A DNA stretch of 64,000 bases. It comes from Octopus bimaculoides. Its lineage: Eukaryota. Shown in pieces: positions 52,843-64,000 of the stretch (within the stretch, counting starts at the first letter, position 1; each line of letters starts with the position of its first letter). Both the position numbers and the translations under genes were made by a program. The stretch is taken from contig NC_068988.1 of the NCBI RefSeq assembly GCF_001194135.2, positions 54,820,057 to 54,884,056 of the forward strand. The letters are read 5' to 3'. Under the pieces are notes generated by a model that was given only the letters and a program-made list of their open reading frames with translations, ran no database searches and was not told the origin of the DNA.

Positions 52843-53639
52843 CTGTTAAAGCAAGAGGTAATTAAATTGTAATTATTATTACTATTATCAATTTTTATTT
52901 CATTATTGTAGTCTTAATTTCCTTCCTTGCACAGTTTGAATACAAATTCTGCATGAGTTTAATTTACCTTTCCTTCTTCCATACTAATTAAATATTAGAG
53001 TTAACCAATTCAATTGTGTGCACCCATCCCTGAAATTATGTAGTCGTGACTGGCACTTGTACCCATGGTACGAAAAAATATTCGAGCGAGGTCGTTGCCA
53101 GTGCCGCTGGACTGACTCCTGTGTAGGTGGCACGTAAAAAACACCATTTGAGCGCGGGCGTTGCCAGTACCGCCTGACTGGCCCTCGTGCCGGTGGCATG
53201 TAAAAGCACCCACTACACTCTCGGAGTGGTTGGCGTTAGGAAGGACATCCAGCTGTAGAAATCCTGCTAGATTGGTTTGGAGTCTGGTGCAGCCATCTGG
53301 TTCGCCAATCCTCAGTCAAATCGTCCAACCCATGCTAGCATGGAAAGCGGACGTTAAACGATGACGACGATGATGTGCCTAGTCTATAACAAAATGTAGG
53401 ACAGATTTCGCTTCTGGCTGAATCCATCATAAAGACAGGGCAGACAATTTCTCTCTGCTTGGTGGCTGTGTTGAAAACCATTAGACAGGGAATGAAACTG
53501 AAAGAACTGAGGACAGATACTTTCTTCAGTCAAACACTAGTCAACTTTTTTTTAGTTCCACTTAAAAACGAAGGTGTAGGTGGAGAGGAGAGTACTGACT
53601 TCCAGTGAATTTCTCAAAAGGTGGGTAACTATAGTAAAG

Positions 53640-53975
53640 GGCAAAGGGTAAAGACCCCCTTTGACCACAAGTGACCATGGGATTGCATCTAGAAAGTTCT
53701 GCTTCAAGATACAAGCCCAGGCAAGGTTGTTTTGTGGAAGAGCAGCCATCACCCATGCATACAAGCCTCTCCTCTCCATGCCATTGATGTTGTCCAAGGG
53801 AAAGGCAAAGGCCGATACAGCTTGATGCCAGTGACAACGCAGCTCATTTCTACAGCTGAGTGAACTGGAACAACATGAAATAAAGTGTCATGCTCGAGAA
53901 CACAACACATGGCCCAGTCTGGGAATTGAACTCACAACCTCACAATTATAAGTCTGACACTGAATTATGTGCCCT
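53640..53975 (-). mobile_element. tRNA-headed SINE, family C
   Basis: Aligns along its length with 19505-19848. Confidence 0.8.
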
Positions 53976-55828
53976 CACAATGAAAATGATAGATGGAACT
54001 ATTTTAAGCATCTGGCTTAAAGTCCAAAGGGTGTATTTGTCCTTTTGGGATTGATAAAATAAGTTCCAGGTGACTACTGGGGTTGATGTAGTTGACTAGT
54101 TCCCTTCCACAAAATTTCAGGCTGTTCCAGTTCACTCAGCTGTAGAAATGAGTTGCGTTGTCACTGGCATCAAGCTGTATCGGCCTTTGCCTTTGATAGA
54201 AAGAATTATTATTATTATGAGTTGAAATTTAGCCAAAGTTGACTTTGCCTTTCATCCTTTAAAGGTTGATAAATTAAGTACTAATTGAGTACTAGGGTCA
54301 ATGTACTTAACTCACCTCCTCTCCCACAATTTCAGGCCTGGTACCTATCATTGAAAAATTGTTATAAGTATGATTCCCTTTGTGCACTTAGCATTTAACA
54401 GAATCAACTGAAAGAAAATATTGACAAATTATCATGGAAAGAGGTTAATAGATATAACCAGAGAGAAAAAAGAAGCTTTTCCACACTGAAAAATTATACT
54501 AAACACTTAATGGGCAATCATAAAGATACACCAAAAAAGTAGCCTCTACATATTCACTCAACCTTTTAGAAATAGCAGCAAGATTTCCTTCAAATTATAA
54601 CTTATCTTCTTTAAAAGGAAAGACACATTATATAATGTAGTTCTGAAAATACAAAAAGATGGGATGATTGTAGCTTTGAATGTCTTTGATCGTAACTCTG
54701 CTCAATCAGAACTGACTTGAAGATAAACAATAGTCGTTACAAAAGAATTGTTTATTTGTTTCAGTCATTAGACAGCGGCCATGCTGGGGCACCAACTTGA
54801 GGAATTTTTAGCCAGATGAATCGACCCCAGTACTTGAGAAGACCTGGCAAGCCAAGTGAGACCTAAATCTAAGGCCTCAGCCAGTCCACTTATGCGTACC
54901 TTTCCTTCACTGGACACTAAGCTCCACTTGCGAAGACCTGTTGAGGCAAGTGAAATTGAAATCGAATTAAATTCAACGACTGGCACCCATGCCAACGTCG
55001 TCTCCTTCATTGGACACGAAACTCAGCTTGCGAAGAATTGTTGGGGCAAGCGAAATCGTGATGGCACTTGTGCCCAGCGTCGCCTTCCTGGCACTTGTGG
55101 CGGTGGCATGTGTAAAGACATTCGAGCGAGATCNNNNNNNNNNNNNNNNNNNNNNNNNNNNNNNNNNNNNNNNNNNNNNNNNNNNNNNNNNNNNNNNNNN
55201 NNNNNNNNNNNNNNNNNNNNNNNNNNNNNNNNNNNNNNNNNNNNNNNNNNNNNNNNNNNNNNNNNNNNNNNNNNNNNNNNNNNNNNNNNNNNNNNNNNNN
55301 NNNNNNNNNNNNNNNNNNNNNNNNNNNNNNNNNNNNNNNNNNNNNNNNNNNNNNNNNNNNNNNNNNNNNNNNNNNNNNNNNNNNNNNNNNNNNNNNNGAG
55401 CCTGGTGTAGCCATCCGGTTCACCAGTCCTCAGTCAAATCGTCCAACCCATGCTAGCATGGAAAGCAGATGTTAAATGATGATGATGATGATACTTATTC
55501 TATCAGGTTCTTTTGTTGAACTGCTAAGTTGCAGGGGTATAAACACACCAATTCTGGTTGCCAAGTAGTGGTGAGGAACAAACACACAAACACACACATA
55601 TATGATGGGCTTCTTTCAGTTTCCATCCACCAAATCCACTCACAAAGCAAAAGTAGAAGACACTTGCCCAAGGTGCCACACAGTGGGACTGAACCTGGAA
55701 CCATGTGGCTGGGAAGCAAGCTTCTTACCACACAGCCATGAGGGGAGACATGTTGACATGCTATCTTATTCTGGATGAAAGAATCACAAAGGCAAACTCT
55801 CAGAAGATAAAAACCCGTTTCCATTAAC

Positions 55829-55995
55829 CTGTTAACTTCTCTCGACCGCCTCTTTTCCTTCTCTTTGGAGCTCTTCTTCAGTTGTACAACAGGTGTTTGG
55901 TCAGTTTTGGCTGACCGGGCACTGGTTCCAACACTGAAGCCTTGGCTATCGATTTCCCCAACCAAGGGGAAGTTATCTGGTAAAATAGTAGTGGT
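55829..55995 (-). CDS. KIF9: KIF9 exon
   Basis: tttcttccag|ACCACT...AACAG|gttaat, 167 nt, phase 0 to 2. Encodes TTTILPDNFPLVGEIDSQGFSVGTSARSAKTDQTPVVQLKKSSKEKEKRRSREVN; 'LVGE.D..GF.VG' is KIF9-like. Confidence 0.82.
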
Positions 55996-56285
55996 CTGGA
56001 AGAAATGGTAAGGTGAGATAGAGACACATAGATAGATAGAGAGAGGGGGGGGAAAGAAAGAGAGGCAAACACAAAGGAATTGAGAGAGTAAGAATAAAGA
56101 GGTAGAGATGGAGTAAGAAATTTAGAAAGGTTCAAGGGTAAAAATCAGTAAGACAGTGAGTGATAGTATATGTGAGAAGAAAAAATTGAGAGTAACAGTG
56201 GGATAGTAAATGAGGTTGGGAGACAGACAGTAAATGAGATAGAGAGACAGACAGAGAGAAAGAGGGAGAGCAAATAACAGTGTAA

Positions 56286-56883
56286 CTTTTCAGCATTTAA
56301 ACTGGTCTTATGCAACCTAAATATTCTACATGTCTTATGTCCAAACCAGACAGGTCTGGCCTCTCACAACTATCCTACAATGTCATTGTAAAAATAACAA
56401 TCAAATCATCAAAATCTCAATGTTATGAGTTAAAGCATGATTAATTCAAAACTATGTGATTAAATAAGCATTACTTTTGACCAGTGGAGGCGCAATGGCC
56501 CAGTGGTTAGGGCAGCGGACTCACGGTTTCGATTCCCAGACCGGGCGTTGTGAGTGTTTATTGAGCGAAAACACCTAAAGCTCCACGAGGCTCCAGCAGG
56601 GGGTGGTGGTGAATGCTGCTGTACTCTTTCACCACAACTTTCTCTCACTCTTACTTCCTGATTCTGTTGTGCCTGTAATTCAAAGGGTCAGCATTGTCAC
56701 ACTGTGTCACGCTGAATATCCCCGAGAACTACGTTAAGGGTACACGTGTGTGTGGAGTGCTCAGCCACTTGCACGTTAATTTCACGAGCAGGCTGTTCCG
56801 TTGATCGGATCAACTGGAACCCTCGTTGTCGTAAGTGACAGAGTGCCAACATCTTTTGACCAAGTAAAATGAATGCTAAAGGG
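56286..56883. mobile_element. piggyBac-like MITE (family 1) interrupted by a SINE
   Basis: Same interior as 12635-12865; right end AATGCTAAAGGG|TTAA. Split by SINE-D at 56484-56850. Confidence 0.8.
56484..56850 (+). mobile_element. tRNA-headed SINE, family D (full length)
   Basis: GTGGAGGCGCAATGGCCCAGTGG...GAGTGCCAAC. TSD CTTTTGACCA (56474-56483 / 56853-56862). Confidence 0.9.
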
Positions 56884-57460
56884 TTAAATCACCTAAGATA
56901 AACATACATTACAAGCACCACCTCAGTTATTGTGATTGTTATTCATTCTTTGCTCAAGTTCACTGGTGATCATAGAACTGAAGTTAAAGGGTGATATTGT
57001 ATGTGCTTCTGTCATGGACAAAGCATACAGAAGTTGCAATTGATGCTGAGTGGAAACAGTCAGATTTAGTTATATAAATTGAGTTATTGAATATCATTAC
57101 CAATAGCCATGGACATATATGTGTGTCTATGTCTGAATGGATGTATTTCATATGCTCGTTCATTTTAGGTCCATTTTTTGATGCAAGCATTGGTCATATG
57201 AATATATTATTGAAGCATTGTCTTACAGTCTTATGCTCTTCCTGTCACTAACCCTTACCAGTTATTCAAGTAAGGGATTATTTCACATATCTTTGAAGGT
57301 AGTGAGTAACTTCCATGGAGAGCAAATGTAAACAAGGTACTATTCACAAAACAAACTTCCAATAAAAACATTCCAGACCTAATGCCTGCCACAACAAACT
57401 TGTAGTCACAGCAGACCAATCACCAATACCATTTCTTCTAAATAGAGGACCAAATCTTAC

Positions 57461-57539
57461 TTCTTGTGCTGCAGTTTCTGCGCTTTCTAATGCTTTGTAG
57501 CGTTGTTTTAGGTTTTCTTCAATATTCTTCTCTAGGTTG
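57461..57539 (-). CDS. KIF9: KIF9 exon
   Basis: ttttag|CAACCT...CAAGAA|gtaaga, 79 nt, phase 2 to 0. Encodes (N)NLEKNIEENLKQRYKALESAETAAQE. Confidence 0.85.
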
Positions 57540-58134
57540 CTAAAATGAAAAGCAAATAGAAGAATGAATATGTCTGCATGTCTTAATAAGTAGATCTGTG
57601 TGTATACATATGTACATTTTCTTCTGTTTTATATATACAAAGACACACACACACTCTACATACATATATATATATTTATATATATATGTGTGTGTGTGTA
57701 TATATAGGCGTAGGAGTAGCTGTGTGGTAAGTAGCTTGCTTACGAACCACATGGTTCCAGGTTCAGTCTCACTGCATGGCACCTTGGGCAAGTGGCTTCT
57801 ACTGTAGCGTCAGGCTGACCAAAGCCTTGTGAGTGGATTTGGTAGAATATATTTGGAGAATATATTCTCTATGTACCTGGTGCCTTCTATGGATACATAT
57901 GTGTGTGTGTGTGTGTGTGTGCGTGTGTGTGTTTACATTGCATTCATTCATTTAGGATTTACTGAGAGTGGGAACTAAATAATAACAACAGGTGAATGTA
58001 TGGTTGTAGACAGAACAGTCAGCACATTGCATCTGTGCAAGGTATTTTTGGGACACTAGGTCCATGAATGGCACCTGGTTATTTAACCAACTACATATAT
58101 ACATCATGTTTGATTAGGACTGGCCTCGAGCTAC

Positions 58135-58338
58135 ACAACAACAAAACAGGAGCAACAGCACTAACAGCAACAATGACCATGACCACAGCAATTACAACAA
58201 AAACAGTAGTAGCAACAGCAATAACAACAACAACAATAATAATACCAACAATGATGACAACAACAAGAACAGCACTAGCAACAGCAATAACCTTATCACT
58301 ACCACCAACAACAGCAAGAACAACAACAACATTAATAT
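58135..58338. repeat. Degenerate (ACA/GCA)n trinucleotide tract
   Basis: Generates the poly-Thr and poly-Leu pseudo-ORFs at 58068-58437. Confidence 0.9.
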
Positions 58339-58393
58339 GATTATTTCCAGACCTTTAAGCACTAAACAAAACACAGAAAGAGTCATCATTATA

Positions 58394-58555
58394 GGCGTAG
58401 GAGTGGCTGTGTGGTAAGTAGCTTGCTTACCAACCACATGGTTCCGGGTTCAGTCCCACTGCATGGCACCTTGGGCAAGTGTCTTCTACTATAGCCTCGG
58501 GCCGACCAAAGCCTTGTGAGTGGATTTGGTAGACGGAAACTGAAAGAAGCCCGTC

Positions 58556-58594
<39 letters not shown>

Positions 58595-58797
58595 TGCGTT
58601 TATCCCCCCCAACATCGCTTGACAACCAATGCTGGTGTGTTTAGGTCCCCGTAACTTAGTGGTTCGGCAAAAGAGTCTGACAGAATAAGTACTAGGCTTA
58701 CAAAGAATAAGTCCTGGGGTCGATTTGCTCGACTAAAGGCGGTGCTCCAGCATGGCCACAGTCAAATGACTGAAACAAGTAAAAGAGTAAAAGAGTA
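58394..58797 (+). mobile_element. tRNA-headed SINE, family A, tail type 2 (best copy)
   Basis: Head GGCGTAGGAGTGGCTGTGTGG..GGTTCAGTCCC, CORE-like CACCTTGGGCAAGTG, internal (TG)n, 3' (GTAAAAGA)2. Other A-head and/or tail-2 copies at about 10170-10524(-), 15712-15890(-), 17834-17996, 21370-21688, 49760-49900(-), 54730-54835(-), 55495-55742(-), 57707-57846 and 63718-63960(-). Confidence 0.85.
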
Positions 58798-58811
58798 TTT
58801 GAAGAACTTAC

Positions 58812-58867
58812 TTGTACATTTCTCGAAACAGATCAAATAAAGTTTGAATCTGGCAAACATTAATTAT
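58812..58867 (-). CDS. KIF9: KIF9 exon
   Basis: tttcag|ATAATT...TACAA|gtaagt, 56 nt, phase 0 to 2. Encodes IINVCQIQTLFDLFREMY. Confidence 0.88.
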
Positions 58868-59097
58868 CTGAAACAAACAAACGAAATTGTTTAATAGAGA
58901 AAAATATTAGAATGGGAATGAAATTTATTTGTTCCATTCTAGAAAAATGACCTTATGCATCACAAGTTCAAAATAACTGCTAGTATTTTGTATCCCTTTT
59001 AGTTAATACTAGATTTTTTTTCCTCCATTTAACAGATAAAAATGGAGTGAACACCAAGTGTATCTCTATTTGTCATATTTACTATTAAAGATCTTAA

Positions 59098-59311
59098 GGT
59101 AGTGAGCTGGCAGAATCGTTAGCATGCTGGGCAAGATGCTTAGTGACATTTCATCTGTTTTTATGTTCTGAGTTCAAATTCCACTGAGGTCAACTTTACC
59201 TTTCATCTTTTCAGAGTCAATAAAATAAGTACCAGTTGAGCACTGGGGTTGATGTAATCGACTTACATGCTTCCCCAAAATTGCTGGACCTGTGCTAAAA
59301 TTTGAAACCAT
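59098..59311 (+). mobile_element. tRNA-headed SINE, family B (best copy)
   Basis: GGTAGTGAGCTGGCAGAATC..GAGTTCAAATTCC..; degenerate TSD TATTAAAGATCTTAA/TATTGAAGATCTTGA (13/15). Other copies at about 10547-10740, 10780-10995, 16030-16240(-), 18340-18515(-), 29705-29890, 31410-31620, 34820-34990, 54020-54360 (two) and 62515-62720(-). Confidence 0.85.
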
Positions 59312-59391
59312 TATTGAAGATCTTGAGAAATGCATAATCATCACAGTTACCAAGTTTTCTAAACTTTAGTTAAGGAATTAAGGTTCTTTAC

Positions 59392-59496
59392 CTCTAATTC
59401 ATCCAGGGAACCTTGAAGGAATCTTTCGAGTTGTCTTTTCAAATCAAGTTTTTGTTGATATGTTAATGGTTCATAATTGATCTGAGTTCTGTTCGC
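59392..59496 (-). CDS. KIF9: KIF9 exon
   Basis: ctacag|GCGAAC...TTAGAG|gtaaag, 105 nt. Encodes ANRTQINYEPLTYQQKLDLKRQLERFLQGSLDELE. Confidence 0.92.
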
Positions 59497-60035
59497 CTGT
59501 AGATAAATAAATAAATAAATAAACAAACAATAAGGTGAAGATCAATTTTACATAAAGATTAAAAAAGTATTCATACTAATTATATGAATGTATTATTCAT
59601 CATCGTCATCATCGTTTAACGTCCGCTTTCCATGCTAGCATGGGTTGGATGATTTGACTGGGGACCGGTGAAACCAGACGGCTACACCAGGCTCCAATCT
59701 GATTTGGCAGAGTTTCTACAGCTGGATGCCCTTCCTAACACTAACCACTCCAAGAGTGTAGTGGGTGCTTTTACGTGCCACTGGCACAAAGGCCAGTCAG
59801 GTGGTACTGGCAACAGCCATGCTCAAAATGGTGTATTTTATGTGCCACCCGCACAAGAGCCAGTCCAGGGGCACTGGCAACGATCTCGCTTGAAAGTCCT
59901 TAGGATATTGATTTGAAGTTTTTGTATTTATGTATTTGTTTTGCAAAAGTAAAAAATCTAAAGTTACAATGATGGTAGTGGTGATGATGTGAAGAAATGA
60001 CAAAATGTCAACGATGAAAAATTTGTAAAACTTAC

Positions 60036-60104
60036 AAGTGTGTCATGCATAGCCAGTTCCACCTTCAGCTGAGAAATTTCTTGTTTCATTTTCTTTACCA
60101 AAAT
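60036..60104 (-). CDS. KIF9: KIF9 exon (neck coil)
   Basis: ttttag|ATTTTG...ACACTT|gtaagt, 69 nt. Encodes ILVKKMKQEISQLKVELAMHDTL, matching KIF6/KIF9 'LK.ELA.HD.L'. Confidence 0.92.
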
Positions 60105-61371
60105 CTAAAACGGAAAACCAAAATGTAAAGCAGAACAACAGTCATTTGAAACTCAATACTTGCATTAGATTGTGCACTGCTAAAAGCACCCAAAGAGCAG
60201 GTGGTGGTGAAATACAGTCCCTCTGACTGGCTTCCACACCAGTTTCAGTTTCCATCCAACATATTTCACTCACAAGGCTTTTGTCAATCCAAGATTTATA
60301 GAAGGGAGACGCCAACCTAAGTGCCACACAATAGAAACATGTTTTGAAGTCAATTTCTTAGCCACATGGTAATGCTTTGTGCTTATTCATTGATTATTGT
60401 CTATTTTGTTCTTTATTGTGAAACTCAGATGGCACTGTGACTGTAGGCATTTTTTTGTCACTGGAAGATTGTGGGATAAGAATAACCAAAAAGCATTGAT
60501 TTTTTTTTCTCATGCCATCTCACATTATATTACTACTGCTTATTTTACAAACCCTAGAAGCTAATCCACACAGTCCTGCCTGATCTATACAGTCCTGCTT
60601 ACGGTGTGGAGTCCTGCCAATTGTATGTAGTCCTGCCTACTGTATGTATACCACACTTCAGTTTGGTGTGGAAATAAAATCTGTTTTGTTGTTGTTTAGC
60701 ACCAGGTCAACCTTGATCAAGAAGACCTACGATTAATAACTATTCAGTTGTGAACATTCCATCTTTTTCTTTCACATAATGTATCTAAGACAATATGCAA
60801 TCTGCTTTGTTTATGTTTTTGTTCGTGCAAGATGGGGGTTCAGGGAGGAAAAAAAGATTCTGCATTCCTGGTTTGGCACTAAGTAAAAAGAATAGGGAAG
60901 AGGAGGTCATAATTTTCTCCAGTAGCTTGATTATGAAAAGAGTAAATGAACTAGATCAGTACTTAACCAACAACCATGGAAATCATTTCTTTCAACTATC
61001 CATTTGTAATTGGAAATTGCAAGACTGAATCACCATTGAATATATATAATTTCCCCACCACTTTATGCATTTGTTTTTTTTAAAAAAAGTTATGCATTTT
61101 GTTTTATAATAGCCTTATCCATGCTAGCAATGATATATACCTTAGTGTGGATTGAATTAATCCTCAGCTTCTGATCAAACACAATGATATATAGATTAGT
61201 GAAGATTCTGCTGGTCTGGTACACATATGATGACTAAGATGGGATACAGCTTAATAACAATCGGATAGATTCTAACAAATTGAACATAGATTTTTTTTCA
61301 AGTTCCATGCATTAAAAAAAAATTTCTCCTACCTTACTATCATTTCTCAAACAACCTAAAAACCATTTATT

Positions 61372-61407
<36 letters not shown>

Positions 61408-62404
61408 TTTCACTCCATATTTACTTAGTGATCTTATCAATTATACTTTGACAGGTAGAGTGAGATGAAATGTCTAGACTTATCTTCCACACTTGCTGAT
61501 GAAAAGATAATGGTAGTCAAGAACTATTTCAATTCCTATTTGAGATTACTTTAGCATTTCTAATGTTTCAAGCATAAAGAAAAAAACTTCTACTCATTTA
61601 ACTAAATTTAAATCAGTTTATTTACTTTTATATTTTGTGGCCATAATCTTGATTCTATAACTAACTGGTGTCACACTTGTCACTTGCGTACTTAATCAAA
61701 TTGTGAATGCGTAACATAACAGCTTCATCACCACCCGCAATATAAGTAAATGAGAAGCTCTAGAAAAGGTAAATTACAGATTTCTAAAACTACTGCATTG
61801 AGTAATGAAGTAGGTGAGGCAAAAAGTCATAATAAAATTGGTGAAAAAGAAAGCTAGAGTGAATAAAGTGCAACTTGAATCCTATCTCCTGTACTTTGGT
61901 GAGAAATAAGCAGGTAAGATGTGGCTATTTGAACCAAATATGAAGACATTAAAAGTACATTATTATTTGAAGTGAATTTAGGAAAAAGCTCAGGTGTCTC
62001 TGGTGGTTCTACTTTTACTCTGTTTCTTTTAATCCTTGAAACTTCCTCAAACAAGTATAAGTCTGAAAAATCATAGGAATTTTTTGTATGGAGAAAAGCA
62101 CATTCTGATTGTATTTTGGTTGTCAAAGAACTGAAAAGTAAGTTTAAAATATGGGTAAAATAAGCTTGTTCAAAATAGGTTATCATAAGCCTTGCACAAT
62201 CATAACCAAGACCGACGTATAAGTTAACGTCAAACAACTTCAATGAATTCTTGCTATAAAAGAAGAAAGTCGAGAGGAAGCCAGTGTAATGTAATACAAT
62301 CAATATGTACCCAAATGGTACCAAATACGCAAGCATCAAAATGGTACTCATAAAAGATTTTGAAGGAATAATACATGTATATATGTTTAAAAAGGTAAGC
62401 CTAC

Positions 62405-62482
62405 CTTATGGTCATCATATTTATTCACAGTAGGAACCATTGGCACACACATCATTCTAGTGGCAAACCGAAGGGTTGATAT
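62405..62482 (-). CDS. KIF9: KIF9 exon (end of kinesin motor domain)
   Basis: Minus strand: tgacag|ATATCA...CATAAG|gtaggc, 78 nt. Encodes ISTLRFATRMMCVPMVPTVNKYDDHK, with the kinesin 'STLRFA.R' helix 6. Confidence 0.9.
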
Positions 62483-63947
62483 CTGTCATGGAGATATTGT
62501 TACAGAAATTAACACTGGTTTCAAATTTTGGCACAAGGCCAGCAATTTTGGGGGAGTGGGTAAATTGATTATATCAACGTCAGTGTTCAATTGGTACTTA
62601 TTTTATTGACTCCGAAAGGATAAAAGGTAAAGGCGACATCGGCGGAATTTGAACTCAAAACATAAAGAGATGTAATGCCATCAAGCAATTTGCCCAGCAT
62701 GCTGACAATTCAGCCAGCTCATCACCTGATAACAGAAATTAATATGAAAGAAAATAATTAATATAATGAAAAATGCCTGGTACCTTGCTGTACTCAAGAA
62801 GACCTGTACTCCACAACAGAAGTGTTAAGACCACTCCCTCTGGTAGTGTAAAGCACTCATGGTAATATCACATAAAAATGCCTGTGTGGTGCTATGTAAA
62901 AGCACCAGTGCCGAGACACAAAAGTGCCTGTGTGATATTATGTAAAAGCGCCCATGGAATGTCATGTAAAAGCACCTGTGTGGTACCACATAAATATGCC
63001 CATGGTATATTTACCATTTCAGTACAGTAGTGACAGCAAAACCAAGACAAAACACTGCACATATTCAAGGTGGTCAGAACCATGCTCAGTAATGTAGTGA
63101 AAACACTCAATAAATATATGACTACTGGATTGTCATTATCATCTCCATTTTACTTTCACCTCTCCATGCTTGCATGGGTTGGATGGAATTTGTTGAGGTA
63201 GTGTTTACTTCACCCAGATGCCCTTCTTGTCCGCAACCCTTACCTGTTTCTAAGCAAGGTAATATCTACTCATGGGCAGACAAGCTTTTCACAGAAGACC
63301 ACAAATGAACAACATTGCTTGTATGACAGTAATGCTTATTTACAAGCATCATGTGATGTCAAGACAAGGGCAACGTCGCCTTCCTGGCACTTGTGCCGGT
63401 GGCATGTGAAAAGACATTCGAGCGAGGTCATTGCCAGTGCCGCCGGACTGGCTCCTGTGCAGGTGGCACATAAAATACACATTTTGAGCGTGGCTGTTGC
63501 CAGTACCGCCTGATTGGCCTTCGTGCCGGTGGCATATAAAAGCACCCACTACACTCTCAGAGTGGTTGGCGTTAGGAAAGGCATCTAGCTGTAGAAACTC
63601 TACCAAATCAGATTGGAGCCTAGCGTAGCCATCTGGTTCGCTGGTCCTCAGTCAAATCATCCAACCCATGCTAGCATGGAAAGCGGACGTTAAACGATGA
63701 TGATGACGATGATGATATCTTTTATCTTTTACTTGCTTCAGTCATTAGACTGTGGTCATGCTAGGGCACTGCTTTGAAGAATTTTTAGCCAAATGAATCA
63801 TTTTTGTTTTATTTTTTCTAGGCCCAGTACTTATTCTATCAGTTTCTTTTGCTGAACTGGTAAGTTACAGGGATGTAAACAAACGGTTGTCAAGTGGTGG
63901 CAGGAACCAAACATAGACACAAGAACATATATATATGTATATGTATG

Positions 63948-64000
<53 letters not shown>

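Noticed and set aside
60572-63540. CRISPR-like reading of the spaced repeats (19-bp array, RTE 3' UTR units)
   Set aside because: The context is eukaryotic and intronic, the repeats are too short or degenerate, the spacers are related to each other, and there are no cas genes.

Overview
This is AT-rich, repeat-dense eukaryotic genomic DNA with eight N-gaps. The (ATG)n-tailed RTE elements, tRNA-headed SINEs and (AT)n/(CA)n tracts suggest a mollusc, probably an octopus-type cephalopod; that is inference from repeat style only. Two spliced protein-coding genes converge, and neither 5' end is recognisable in the window. (1) + strand: the 3' part of a tensin gene, 10 exons at 17594-33262, encoding the SH2 and PTB domains and ending in TGA. 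(2) - strand: the 3' part of kinesin KIF9, 12 clear exons at 62482-45437 plus a tentative stop exon at 43934-43857, covering the end of the motor domain, the stalk and the tail. All exon phases chain into an open frame when checked by hand. The rest is intron or intergenic DNA with at least four SINE families, RTE-type LINE 3' fragments, piggyBac-, hAT- and Tc1/mariner-like MITEs, an internally deleted Helitron with both ends, and a Penelope-like remnant carrying a hammerhead-like motif. I found no convincing new multi-gene system. The most interesting unexplained signals are a 72-bp, apparently locally templated inverted insertion, a CpG-rich 5' region that may be an internal tensin promoter, the hammerhead-like core, and an orphan 165-codon ORF in a KIF9 intron. 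Most ORFs in the supplied track are artefacts of microsatellites, N-runs or repeats. Repeat boundaries are approximate.
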